Counted from the whole stretch's first letter, positions 1 to 13,335 are shown. The stretch: 56,765 nt of DNA, filler included, from Nemertoderma westbladi (GCA_032718475.1; 3 parts of 3 records of this genome joined end to end with filler, not necessarily neighbours in it); one strand, 5' to 3'. Numbers and translations: made by a program. Notes: generated from the letters alone by a model not told the origin.

Positions 1-1726
1 CGGGTTAGTTAATAGGCCTATTTGCCTGTGTACTGGAATAGCTTGGTCTACTGGTCTGGGACTGATTGTTGAGGATATGAATTAGGAAGTTAGGCCCATT
101 ACCGTACGTACTGTACATGACGTACGGTACAACACGTCGGTACAACATAGGTACCGGTACCTACCTGCGTACTGCAGCACTGAAATATAAAGAGCTGGGT
201 CCTGGTTAGGTACCTACCCTGGCAGGTACCGGTAGGGTTCTCTGTCCCGGTGCCAACCACACTTTAACTTAGGACTACTACTGTATGTTAAATGGTATGT
301 CCGAGTCCTAGGTATTGGACAGACAACTTCTGAACTTGCATCAACGAAAGTGCGTGTTAAACACACAGTGTATTGTCAGTAAACAACATTGCGCAGTCTG
401 TATTGGGGTGGGTGGCCGCGTGTAGCACTGTAGCAGAACCGTACCCGGCGTTGGCGTGGCGTACCCGACGTACGCGTGGCGCACCCTGTCCCCCTGCCCT
501 GTATGTTATACTGTAGGTGTGGTTTAAGGGGGGGGGGGGGGGGGGGGGGGGGGGGGATAGTGGGAATTCAAATTTTTTTCAAAGATTTTTTTTTCTATTT
601 CACCTAGAGCAGATTTTGATCAAGATTCCAAATTTGAAAACAGTTTAGCAAGATCTCTCTTATTTCTTGAGATATAGCTGTCTGTCCGTGTGACTGTCCG
701 TCAGTCATTCTGTGAGTCTCCAAAACAATAGAAAGCATTTCTGTCTGAAAACATTTCCTATATCGGCGTTATCTTGATCCGTGACTTCATTTCTGATGTC
801 AATATTAAAATTTGGCGTCGTGGTTTTTGTTTGTACAGTTGTATGACTGTCAATCTGGCCGTCAAAAACAGACAGACATAATATAACAGACAGCTTGAGA
901 ACCAAACAGATAATGGGGAAGTCATCAAATGTTACAACTGACACTAGAAATAAATTCTGCGGCTACGAAAACCCCTATAACTATACTTTTAGCTAAATGG
1001 TGTGTTCTTTCTTATATTTATGACGGTCAGATTGTCGGATAGCAGAATGACCGACCGACATACATAGGACCTAACTAAATTTTAGCAACCCCATACAGCC
1101 GTAGCTTAAGATCTAAGTTGATCGGGAACTAAGATTGCCTAGATTATGAGTTTGCTGTGGTTTTGACAGTCTATGTCGTTCCTTGCGGTATTAAACGTAT
1201 CCACTTCTTCATCTCTGTATAAAACTATTGTTTAAGTTATTGACGATTGTAAGTGATTATTTCTAAATAATATTAAATAATCAAATTAAAATGCAAAATA
1301 TTAACAGATACGGCCGGGATCGAACTCGAGTCAAGTTACATTTGATAAAATTGGCCAACCCTAAATTTACTGTAATGTTGAAAAAAAAAATTTAACCAAC
1401 GGTGAACCGTACCTATACGCATTCTACAAAGTGGGGCGTCGTTTCAGCCTATTTTAACATAACTTAAATTCGGGAATATTTAATTTCGATATTCACCATT
1501 TAAGGCACTTTTAAATGAAAGTAGCAGGTTATAATGGCAAGCTTTTCTAACCAAAACAATAAACTAAATTTAGGAACACAGTTTACAGTAAAATTTTTAA
1601 TTTTAGGCACAAATTTTTCAATATTAATTTAATGAGAAGGTTGAAACGACAACCCTATTGGCAATGTGCTATCATAACCGTACTGGGTGCAAACGCTGTG
1701 CCGACAGTGTGCAAATAATGTGCTGA

Positions 1727-1955
1727 GTGTCGGCGTTACGTTGTGCCGACAGTGTTGGCATTACGTTGTGCCGACAGTGTAGGCGTTACGTTGTGTCGAC
1801 AGTGTCGGCATTACGTTGTGCCGACAGTGTCGGCGTTACGTTGTGCCGACATTGTTGGCGTTACGTTTTACCGACAGTGTCGGCGTTACGTTGTGCCGAC
1901 AGTGTCGGCGTTACTTTGTGCCGACAGCGTCGGCGTTACGTTGTGCCGACAGTGT
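1727..1955. repeat. 25-bp tandem repeat of a hairpin-forming unit (GTGTCGGCGTTACGTTGTGCCGACA), about 9 copies
   Basis: Unit recurs every 25 bp. Each unit has a TGTCGGC...GCCGACA inverted pair. The array ends in GTGTAACGGGCTA, which resembles a MITE terminus. Confidence 0.9.
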
Positions 1956-3157
1956 AACGGGCTAAAACCTAAATAGTAGACTGTAGGATAAGTGATTATT
2001 GATCACCGCTGACTGTGAACGACCCATCAGGTAGTTGTGCGCTAAACCGCGCGGTTTACCGCAGCCCATTTAAAAAAATGTTAAAACAATTAATATAATT
2101 TCCTGTTGAATTCACAGTCGACAGATAGACAATCAGTTACCGCAACGGTACCGTTGGGTGTGAACGGGCTCCGGGTAGTGTACCGTTGGCTTACCGCATC
2201 AATTAATACCACCAGAATCGTTACCGCTCACGCACCGTTGGATGTGTACGGGGCTTAAATGAATACAGGAATGTAGGCTGGTGCTCTTTCTAAGAGGCAA
2301 AGTGGTCTCGTCAGTGGGCGGTTATCCCCCAATGTATTGCAGACAAAGCACGTGCAAACGGATGTGTATTGATAGAGAGAGAACTACAAAACCACATGGA
2401 GATTCATGGCGTGTATGGGAGTGGATGGGTATATGGATGGAGGAGACTAGACCATTGAATAAATTAATTTAGTGCAGGGAGATGTCGCGCCATTAGTCTG
2501 ACACAGAGGGCGCAGAGAAAGACCAGAAGATGCCTTAACATCACTAACTATAGGCCTGCCTACTAGACACTATTAACCGCACACTATATAGGTAAACAAA
2601 TCCTTATTGCATTTCCAGCTGCAGTGAGTGACAGTTCGAGGCAAACTACAGAGAGTTTCCAGATTACTAATCGTTTCAAAAGTATTCAATTGTATCCTTT
2701 GGCGAAAAAATTTTGGTTGTTGCCATTTCAAATATGTTCAATTATGTTCAAAGGTCCCGTTGAACACATTACATTACACTGGTACAAATTTGATCAAATG
2801 TGTTTACATTTGAACAAATCTGCGTTTTCTGGTGGCCTGTACTGTATATTGTTATTATTATACAGTACTGTAGAACTTTATAATACATGGAAATTGTGGA
2901 TTGTGAGCAAAATCATTGCCAAATCCAAGTGACCGGCGATGCAGTCTAGTGGTTTGGCCGCTGTACAGTTCAGGCCTGTATCCCTTCTAGGACATATTGT
3001 GTTACGGTGACTTTAAGTATAGGGTAGTTATCGAAACGAAGACAGCCCCCCCTCCCCCCCCTCCCCCCCTCCCCCCCCCCCCCCCCCCCCCCCCACTTGC
3101 TATTTGCCCTGTAAATAATTTGATATAATATATAAAAATATATTTGGTCAATTTCAG

Positions 3158-3333
3158 ATGCTAAATCAGGTTGCATTATACGAATGTGCGGTGGAATGGA
3201 GTTGAAGGCCCGTGAAGGTGATGGCGGGAAACCGAGTGTGGATATGCAGAAGCGTGCCGCCGATGAGAAAGAGGCGTTAAAGGAAGTTCTTGCACCAATG
3301 ATTGTTTCGGAAATCTTGAAAGAAAGTAACTGA
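3158..3333 (+). CDS. Candidate isolated exon of an unknown host gene (..AKSGCIIRMCGGMELKAREGDGGKPSVDMQKRAADEKEALKEVLAPMIVSEILKE..)
   Basis: ATTTCAG acceptor at 3151-3157. One frame is open for about 57 codons in a GC-richer island within AT-rich DNA, ending at A|GTAACT (donor) or TGA. No homology recognised. Confidence 0.3.
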
Positions 3334-4157
3334 ACTCTCTTATTAAAAGTAAAAAAAAGAGTAAAAAAAAGTAAAAAATTTCCCAAATTTTTTTACTGTA
3401 CTTCGCTGTTGAATTAATGCTTTATGTTTCAGTATTAGGCTACACTGAACAGTAATGTAACACTATGAATTAAACATAAGGTTATGGGACTTTTCTGCTA
3501 AACATATATTTATTTATTATAAAAATATTTCTGAGCGCTTGTGCATTTAAATATATGTATATGTACAGTATATGTAATATAAATAGCGGTTTTCCCCTTG
3601 AAAAATAAGAGAAACAAAAATTTGCTCCCCTTCTTTTATTACATAATCTACCATACCGATTCCAACAGAAGCAGCATTTCAAATCAAGATTATAAATTCT
3701 TGCACTGGCCGCAAAGAGGTATTCAAGGATATAAATTTTTCGTCAAAGGATGAAAGAATAACGTTATGACTGGTAATTTTCCAAATAAATTCAATCTTAC
3801 AATAACCGATAAGGAATCGGGCCATTTAGCCCCTAATCTATAATATCATTATACAGTATTTCCCAACCCTCTTTAAATAAGAGCAAATTTGTTGAAATTT
3901 TCGAAACAGTTTCAAATTGAGTCAACATAAACTTTGTATACACTGGAACCATAGAAAATCCAAAATATTTTCATAAAATAGCAAAGATTAAAAGTAGTGT
4001 CTCAGAACAATTAATTAATAACCACATACAGACTGTAGGCATTTTGATACGTTTTTTGTACATTTTTATTCGATATTTTTATTCCTTATTTTTATTAAAT
4101 TTTTTTCATTTTTATTTTTATTCATTTATACTCATGATATATTCTCACGTTACAAGC

Positions 4158-7100
4158 CGAGCTGATAAGGTCAGGTCAGGTATTCTAGGTCATTGATCAA
4201 GAAAACTTGCCACCTCCATGCAGCATAAAGGAGGTGCCACCTGTAGCTGCATAGACCCTCTTACTAGGGCAAATCTGGTCCTGTAACTAGGACCCCCTTC
4301 GTTCTGGGATAAGGACGCCCTTGGTCCTGGATTAAGGACCCATATACTTGGCTGCAGGGGTATATGGCCTGACCAGGCAGATGGTGATCTACCAATGGCT
4401 GGTCAGGAGTAGAGTGTTCTCATGTCCACTCTGAGAGCACTTCACTGCGACCTGCACCTGGCAGCAAGGGTACAGGGCATGACCCAGCAGATGAGCTGCA
4501 ACAGCCAATGGTGGGTCATGTGCGCCAGAGTAGATATGGGTGATGCCCTGAGAGCTGACTCGGCAAAAAAGCACCCCCCAACCCCCACTATGGATTACAT
4601 TAGCAATGCGGAGGTCCGGCCACTAGAGGCCAGTGGAATCACAGGACACAATCGGTCTCACAGGCGTCTGTTAACTCCTGACCGGCTGCCTGTCTCACCC
4701 CCTACTGGAGAGAGAGCAGCCAACAATTCTTTGAGTCCCTTTCCTGATGACCTTTCTGGCCCAAACCCTGGGTCACCAGGAAGGCCAGATTGTGATGGGG
4801 AGAGGGATTCTGGAGTTGGAGGCTACTCTCATGTCCCACCCCGACCAACAAAGCCAATGGTGAATCTGAGGCAAGTCACAAGACTAGCCTCAGTAACCCT
4901 AACACTCGGGTCCCCAATGCGACAAGGTGAGCTGACTGCCTTGGCAGATAAGCATTCTCTTAGCGCAGTGGGTGTTCAAGAGCACCGAATGCAGACTTGA
5001 CAGACTGATGAGGTTCTGATTAAGGACATGGGGGGCGGTTGGCGACTCGCCCTCGCGTCAGCAGATGATAGTGGCAATGGTGGAATTGATCTATTGATGA
5101 ATCCAACTGCACATGCAGCATTGGACAAAATAGACCAAATCTCTAACCGCATCATCCGTTGCCACTTCTCATGTTCTGGAAGACTGGCTAAGAAGTTTCC
5201 TAAGGTGGTTCTGATTGTGTGCTACTCTCCAACTAGTGTTGCCCCTGTAGAGGAGGTGGAAAATTGCTACCACAATCTACAAGCAGCTACTGATGGAGTG
5301 GATCAGCATGCATTCTTAACATTCCTGGGAGACTTTAATGCAAGCCTGCATCAATCACCTACATCGCCCTGGGTCTATAGCAATAGTGTTAACCGAAATT
5401 CTGTCCATCTTCAGGATTTTATCTCTGGAAATTGATTGTTTTCGGCTGGAACCCAGTTCAAGAAGCGAACTGGAAAGCTATGGACTCATAGTGGACCCAG
5501 TGGTCACAAGTCTCAGATAGACCATATTCTGTTTCGTAGTAAATACAGGAGCTCTATACAAGACTGTAATGCATTTACACTTCGACCCTTCTCCAGTGAT
5601 CACCGCCTTATTGTGGCCAAGGTAAGACTTAGTCTGCGTGCTAGCAGAACAACGAAATCTGCCTTGCCGCGGCATGACTGGTCATCTCTGTTGCAACAGC
5701 CAAGTGTGAGATCCAGCTTCACACTACAGCTGAGCAACAGGTGTGAGGCTCTTGCCTCTGAGGCGGCAGATCACTGTGAGGGCTATACTGCCTTTACAGA
5801 AGCAGTTAAGTTAGCAGCTGCAGAAACAGTTCCTGTATACCCTCGAAACAGGAAAAGGGCCCCCGACCTTCTGCCGACGGCCGAAATGACCTTCATAAGG
5901 TGCAGAAAGAGTCCCGACTCAAACAGACTACAGCGGCCAAGAATGCAGTTAAGGCTGCATCTAGGTCCCTGAACAGGCTGTACTCTGCTAATCTACAGGA
6001 GCTAATAAACCAACAGGTTGATGCCATCAATGATGCTGACGACAGCAGGCAATCATCCCAGGCATGGAAATCGATCAATCTGCTTACTGGGCGGAAAAGC
6101 CAACCACCCACAAAGGTTAAGGCTGAATCACCAGCCGATCGCCTCAATGGTTGGAAAGCCCACTTTGAAAAGCTCCGCAATAATGACAGGGTATTGCCTG
6201 ATAACTTTATAGAAGTAAAAGTGTCTGAGTCTGTACTCCCAGATATTCCCATTGGCGATATCTCCTTTGCAGAAGTGAAGGCTGCTGCAAAGAGCATTAA
6301 GACCAATCGTGCCAGTGGAGTAGATGGTGTTCCCCCTGAGGTCTTTAAAATACCTGAGTGTTTAAAGCTCATCTATCCCATCATAGTAGACATGTACCGA
6401 ACAACAAGAGTCCCACAAGAAATGAAAACAAATAAGTTGGTGCCAGTTCCCAAGAAAGGCAACCTAACACTCTATGGTTCTTTTCGGGGAATCTCATTGA
6501 TCTCGATTGCTGCAAAGCTATACAATAGGATTCTATTAAATCGCATCAGGGATCCCATTGAGAGACTGCTCCGTGGAAATCAGAATGGGTTCCGTAAAGG
6601 TCGTGGGACCATGGAGCCCATTTTGGCACTTAGAAGGATAATTGAAGAGTTATCAAAAAAGAAAGACAGGCATCTGGCTGTTATCTTTGGTGACTTCTTC
6701 AAGGCCTTTGATTCAGTCTCTCGCTCACGTATGTTCAGCATACTTTCATTATATGGGATTCCTGATGAAATTATTGCAGCAATCAGATCAGTATACGATG
6801 GTTCGACAACATTTGTGTCTACTGTTGACGGTGACACAGAACCATTTGAAGTGTTATGGGGCGTCCTCCAAGGAGACACACTTGCACCATTCTTGTTCAT
6901 TATTGTGGTTGACTATGTTCTACGCATGTCCTTAGATCATTATAATGATGATGGGGTGATGATAACTCCACTTACTGGCTCCAGAAGTCGAGGAAATCCT
7001 GCCAAGTACCTAACTGATCTAGACTTTGCTGATGACTTAGGAGTACTCTCAGAATCATTAGAGGGAGCCCAACGGCTCCTCAGCTCATTAGAACATGCGG

Positions 7101-7840
7101 CTTCTAGTGTTGGTCTTTTTATTAACTCCAGAAAGACCAAAATTCTAACAGTTAACTTTGAAAGTCCTCAGCAAGTCTCTGATCGGATGAGCATAAGCTC
7201 AAAGGATGGTATGCTTGAGCATGTGGACGACTTCTGTTACCTGGGATCATGGATCCGGAAGTCAGGTGAGGACCTTCGAATACGTAAGGGAAAGGCATGG
7301 GCAGCCTTGACTAGGCTTTCCAGGATTTGGAAGTCACCGAGAATTAATCGGAAACTTAAGGTCAGATTATTTAGAGCAGCAGTAGTTCCAGTACTCCTCT
7401 ATGGGAGTCCATGCTGGGCTCTAACTGCTGAGGACACCAAATCTCTGGATGGCACATTCACAAGAATGCTACGCCGGGTTCATTGTGTCAAGTACAATGC
7501 ACAGATCTCCAACCAGACACTATATAACATTGGAGGTGTTTCATTGGTTCCCCCAAACTTGACACTAGAACAAAATCGCCTCCGCTTTGCAGGATATTGC
7601 TTTCGCCGTGAGGACCAGCCAGTGCATAATCTTGTACTTTGGCAGCCTCATGGAGTGAATAAGCATGGTGGACAGCCCATGACTTTCTTGAGACGCATCT
7701 TAACGGACACTGGCCTTAAAGATGCGGATGATCTAGCAAATTTCATGGGTGATAGGGAGTTGTGGCGGTACAATTTTGTTGACAAGCCGGCACAGCATTC
7801 TTAAAAATGCAGCTGCAATGCAGCATGCCGATCGTAGTAG
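4158..7840 (+). mobile_element. Near full-length RTE-clade non-LTR retrotransposon (APE + RT single ORF, inactivated by 2 in-frame TGA and 1 frameshift)
   Basis: APE motifs VGVQEHR, VCYSPT, LGDFNA, QIDHI, SDHRL. RT motifs PKKG, QNGFRKGR, KAFDSV, GVLQGDTLAPFLF, DFADD, YLGSWI. Short 3'UTR ends in (TAG)n. Candidate TSD TACAAGC at 4151-4157 and 7841-7847. Confidence 0.93.
5900..7804 (+). pseudogene. Reverse transcriptase portion of the RTE ORF (634 aa open segment)
   Basis: Complete non-LTR RT motif set. The upstream endonuclease part is split into ORFs 4422-5000, 5028-5435 and 5436-5972 by TGA stops at 4998-5000 and 5433-5435 and a frameshift near 5880-5900. Confidence 0.9.
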
Positions 7841-7865
7841 TACAAGCTAGTACTAGTACAACTGT

Positions 7866-10300
7866 GCACCATTAGATCTATTCTCGCGTCCCGAGCCCAG
7901 ACGAGCCAAACCAACACGCCCTACTTTGCACCATTAGATCTATTCTCGCGTCCCGAGCCCAGACGAGCCAACCCAACACGACCTACTTTGCACCATTAGA
8001 TCTATTCTCGCGTCCCGAGCCCAGACGAGCCAAACCAACACGCCCTACTTTGCACCATTAGATCTATTCTCGCGTCCCGAGCCCAGACGAGCCAAACCAA
8101 CACGCCCTACTTTGCTCCATTAGATTTATTCTCGCGTCCCGAGCCCAGACGAGCCAACCCAACACGCCCTACTTTGCTCCATTAGATCTATTCTCGCGTC
8201 CCGAGCCGAGACGAGCAACCCAACACGCCCTACTTTGCTCCATTAGATCTATCCTCGCGTCCCGAGCCCAGAAGAGCCAACCCAACACGCCCTACTTTGC
8301 TCCATTAGATCTATTCTCGCGTCCCGAGCCCAGACGAGCCAACCCAACACGCCCTACTTTGCTCCATTAGATCTATTCTCGCGCCCCGAGCCCAGACGAG
8401 CCAAACCAACACGCCCTACTTTGCTCCATTAGATCTATTCTCGCGTCCCGAGCCGAGACGAGCCAACCCAACACGACCTACTTTGCTCCATTAGATCTAT
8501 CCTCGCGTCCCGAGCCCAGACGAGCCAACCCAACACGCCCTACTTTGCTCCATTAGATCTATTCTCGCGTCCCGAGCCCAGACGAGCCAACCCAACACAC
8601 CCTACTTTGCTCCATTAGATCTATACTCGCGTCCCGAGCCCAGACGAGCCAACCCAACATGCCCTACTTTGCTCCATTAGATCTATTCTCGCGCCCCGAG
8701 CCGAGACGAGCCAACCCAACACGACCTACTTTGCTCCATTAGATCTATCCTCGCGTCCCGAGCCCAGACGAGCCAACCCAACACGCCCTACTTTGCTCCA
8801 TTAGATCTATACTCGCGTCCCGAGCCCAGACGAGCCAACCCAACACGCCCTACTTTGCTCCATTAGATCTATTCTCGCGCCCCGAGCCGAGACGAGCCAA
8901 CCCAACACGACCTACTTTGCTCCATTAGATCTATCCTCGCGTCCCGAGCCCAGACGAGCCAACCCAACACGCCCTACTTTGCTCCATTAGATCTATTCTC
9001 GCGTCCCGAGCCCAGACGAGCCAACCCAACACACCCTACTTTGCTCCATTAGATCTATACTCGCGTCCCGAGCCCAGACGAGCCAACCCAACATGCCCTA
9101 CTTTGCTCCATTAGATCTATTCTCGCATCCCGAACCCAGAGGAGCCAACCCAACACGCCCTACTTTGCTCCATTAGATCTATTCTCGCGTCCAGAGCCGA
9201 GACGAGCCAACCCAACACGCCCTACTTTGCTCCATTAGATCTATTCTCGCGTCCCGAGCCGAGCCAACCCAACACGCCCTACTTTGCTCCATTAGATCTA
9301 TTCTCGCGCCCCGAGCCCAGACAAGCCAAACCAACACGCCCTGCTTTGCTCCATTAGATCTATTCTCGCGTCCCGAGCCGAGAAAAGGCCAACCCAACAC
9401 GCCCTACTTTGCTCCATTAGATCTATTCTCGCGCCCCGAGCCGAGACGAGCCAACCCAACACGACCTACTTTGCTCCATTAGATCTATTCTCGCGTCCCG
9501 AGCCCAGACGAGCCAACCCAACACGCCCTACTTTGCTCCATTAGATCTATTCACGCGCCGCGAGCCGAGACGAGCCAACCCAACACGCCCTACTTTGCTC
9601 CATTAGATCTATTCTCGCGTCCCGAGCCGAGACGAGCCAACCCAACACGCCCTACTTTGCTCCATTAGATCTATTCTCGCGTCCCGATCCCAGACGAGCC
9701 AACCCAATACACCCTACTTTGCTCCATTAGATCTATACTCGCGTCCCGAGCCCAGACGAGCCAACCCAACATGCCCTACTTTGCTCCATTAGATCTATTC
9801 TCGCGTCCCGAGCCCAGACGAGCCAACCCAACACGCCCTACTTTGCTCCATTAGATCTATTCTCGCGTCCCGAGCCCAGACAAGCCAAACCAACACGCCC
9901 TACTTTGCTCCATTAGATCTATTCTCGCGTCCCGAGCCCAGACGAGCCAACCCAACACGCCATACTTTGCTCCATTAGATCTATTCTCGCGTCCCGAGCC
10001 GAGAAAAGGCCAACCCAATACGCTCTACTTTGCTCCATTAGATCTATTCTCGCGTCCCGAGCCGAGAAATGGCCAACCCAACACGCCCTACTTTGCTCCA
10101 TTAGATCTATTCTCGCGTCCCGAGCCCAGACGAGCCAACCCAACACGCCCTACTTTGCTCCATTAGATCTATTCTCGCGTCCCGAGCCGAGAAAAGGCCA
10201 ACCCAACACGCCCTACTTTGCTCCATTAGATCTATTCTCGCGTCCCGAGCCCAGACGAGCCAACCCAACACGCCCTACTTTGCTCCATTAGATCTATTCT
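7866..10300. repeat. 62-bp satellite (CCATTAGATCTATTCTCGCGTCCCGAGCCCAGACGAGCCAACCCAACACGCCCTACTTTGCT), about 39 copies
   Basis: The register shifts 2 bases per 60-nt line, giving a 62-bp period. Nearly every unit carries AGATCT. The array starts about 25 bp after the LINE tail. Confidence 0.97.
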
Positions 10301-12592
10301 GGCATCAAGAGCCGATGCGCCAATATGACCCACTGCTATACTGGAGTTCTGGTTCATTGTTGGCCTAATACAGTTAGCGCAAAACACTTACCCTAAAACA
10401 CTTCTATCTCATAAAAGTATTTTTTTTTATCAATGTTTCCAAATGGGTTCAAAATATTTCATAATAAGATTTTTTTGGCAAAGCATATTGTATTCGTCCG
10501 ACATACTGTATATACATAGGCCTAGTGTTATAGTATTTCGTTAAATTTTACTGTATTTCTTTACAGCAGAAATTTGCTCCTACAGTATATACTGTACAGT
10601 AGTTTTCCCAAAAGGGAACAATAGGGTGGTTTTTATTACAGCAGGACACTATAATACATATTAGACAAAAAATAATACAAAAAAATATAAAAAATAGAAA
10701 ACTAATGCATCGCGTAAAATTATTTTCCAATAATTTCTTTGGATATTCAAATTTTGTCACTCAGCAGTGTTCCAAAATGGGATATATTGTGTTCCAAAAT
10801 GGGATCATCAATCTTTAAAGGGGGTAATTTGTTAAAAGATGGTCATTTGTCTGCATTTTTTTTCAATTTATAATAATTCCATATAATTGAAATATCTAAT
10901 TTGAATATCGACTGGTTTGGAATATCAAACTTGTAACGTTTTTGACCACCATTGTTTGCATGTCCCGAAAGTCTAACAAATAAAAATTGGCATAATGATG
11001 CCAATATCATTATTTTCATCATTATTGCCATTATCTTCCTAACCATATATTATATTAAAGACGGCGTCAAGACGCCGTGAAGGAACCGAAGTTAAACCAA
11101 ACCGAAACTAATATTTGTACAGGCCATAAGCCGCAAACTTTTTTTTTCAGGATATCAACTCTAAACCAGTTTCGAATCTGAGCGCCTGGTTACAAATTTG
11201 GATTTCCAATTACGAATTTGAATACCTGGTTACAAATCTGTATTTCCGCATTACGAATCAATGTGTTTGGTTAAAAATATGAGCACCTTGTCACGAATTG
11301 ATTTCCCTGGTTACAATTTGTTACAAATGGTTGCAAATATGAGCACCCAGTATCAGCCAGCACTACCTATACTAATATTGTAAGTTGCACATGTTCAGCA
11401 TTTAGAATAAAAAATTGCACCAAGGTAGTGAACAAAGTTAGTTAGCAAACAATTGTAATATTCTCATAATCTGTTCCTAATAATTATTAAAGCAGTTAGG
11501 ACACCATCTCCTGTCTACATCAAAATTATATCTGATACAAAACACCACTCATAGTATTAATATTGCAAAAACATAATTATACCTCCAAACTCTAATTTTA
11601 ATTGAACATTGCCACTATTAGTATAGTTTATTAATAGTACCCTACAGTTAACAGTACATACAGTATATGGCGAGTTAGAACTGCGAGTCATCAGTGAACA
11701 TAGGTGTAGGTTTCAGTGTGTGTGTCGGAAGCCAATATCAGAATATATAACGAGCCATAGTATAATTATATTTATTAGCTGAGATGGGTTGCCGCTGCAG
11801 CTTCTGCTGCACGAAGGCCTCACTCGTGTACACTCTATAACTAAAAAGTCATTCAGATGGCCAGCTTTTCCTAGGAACCTACTGTAATAGACATTCGCAT
11901 TCATTGAATCCAGGGCAACAGTTTGTGTTGGATTAAAGGAGCTATCAGCTGGGTAAAATGTTATACAGAGACAGGTAGATTTCACTCTGTATTCCCTCTG
12001 GTTTGACAGATTAATATAATTAATGTTTGCCAAGCAAGTCATTAACTCCCTCCCTCTCGGATTTTTAAATACATCAATTATTATTATTAGCTGAGTATAG
12101 TACCATTAGTAACCAACACTCATCAGAAGCATCCTATGTGTGTAACTAAAATTCATTCCACTGACCCACCACCTAACATAGCGCACGCAGTGAGTCAGTC
12201 ACCTTGTAGATATTCCCATAGAAAGCACTGGGGAGAGTTATTCAGCTGATGGGATAATAGATTACAAACTAACCAAGTTAATGTTTGCTTATAGTCTGGG
12301 TTGAAAGAGTGATTAATTAAATAAAAACTTGGCACAGAAAGTACATCCTTGTTAGTTGGCCCCTTCTCTATTGAATAGAATCACTAGGCCCTCTCTATAC
12401 ATTTTTCATGTGCTCCAGCTGGTGTTTTATCATTGCGCCTATGGCGTTTTTTCGTTTATGTCTATTTTTCGAACCAACATTCTATGGACAGACATGGGAC
12501 CAGCTGGAATCGATAGTGATCATCAAAAAAATGCGTCATGCAAAATTTTAACGAAATCGTTAGAGCCGCTTTTATGTTATTTCGCTTCAAAA

Positions 12593-12629
12593 TATTACTA
12601 TTATTACTATTACTATTACTATTATTACA
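12593..12629. repeat. (TATTAC)n microsatellite inside a probable non-autonomous DNA element (about 12410-12670)
   Basis: The TATTAC run is directly visible. GATCATCAAAAAAATGCGT at about 12519 has a diverged inverted relative at about 54623. Confidence 0.6.
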
Positions 12630-12939
12630 TCAAATTCTTACAGAAAGTAACCTTCGGTTCCTAATAAAAATTAAAAAATATATAAGCCGAAATTAATATT
12701 CCTCAACTTGAATAATTAAACAATGCTCATTGTTTATATGCTCAAAATTAGGAACACTGGGAGATAGGATCATGACCTACTATTGATATCTATAGTAGGT
12801 CATGATACGATAGAAGAATATTGAATATAAATCATTGATTTCACATATTCCTATTCTACATTTTTCCCAGGAGAACTCATATTTACTGGAGCTTCCTAAT
12901 AACCATCGTTTGTTTTGGGCAGAAAAGTACAGTATGTAT

Positions 12940-13335
12940 CTATAACCTGTTCTTTTCCCTCAATTGATAATGATAGCCAGCGTATATTGTTTCGGTTAGA
13001 AAATCCTGTCTGAAAAACCAGCATCTCTCCTTTATTTGGTAATGGTGTAGTGCTTGAATTTATTGTTTTGGTTAGAAAAGCGTTTCTCTGTTACCTGTTC
13101 CTTTCCTTCAATTACTTATTGTTTAGGTTAGATTGTTAATTTTCTCAATTAGTATAGATTTATGATACGGTGTATTGTTTTTGCTAGAAAAGTCTCTCTC
13201 TGTAGCCAGTTCCTTTCCCTTATTAATTGATGATGATAGCCTAACATTTACTGTTTTGGTTATAAAATCCTGTCTGTCTAACTTTTCCATTTCCTCAAAT
13301 GGTAATGATTGCGTTTATTGTTTTGGTGAGAAAAT
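12940..13335. repeat. Degenerate tandem repeat (TTTCCYTCAATTG...TTGTTTTGGTTAGAAAA), 5-6 diverged copies
   Basis: TTGTTTTGGTTAGAAAA-like and CCTTTCCCT-like motifs recur at about 60-80 bp spacing. Confidence 0.55.

Noticed and set aside
528-557. Long poly-G/C tracts (also about 3048-3093, 39404-39428, 43942-43976)
   Set aside because: Homopolymer lengths are unreliable and no further structure is evident.
1310-1335. Isolated Pol III B-box-like motif (minus strand); A-box-like motif at about 2940-2955
   Set aside because: No partner box or cloverleaf. At most SINE debris.
4158-4400. HDV-like ribozyme at the RTE 5' end
   Set aside because: I could not find the P3/L3 (UCC.CG) and J4/2 consensus by eye. 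Kept only as an unassigned structured leader.
7866-10300. CRISPR-like periodicity (also 45571-46845, 51426-51734, 1727-1955)
   Set aside because: Units are head-to-tail with no unique spacers, there are no cas genes, and the context is eukaryotic.
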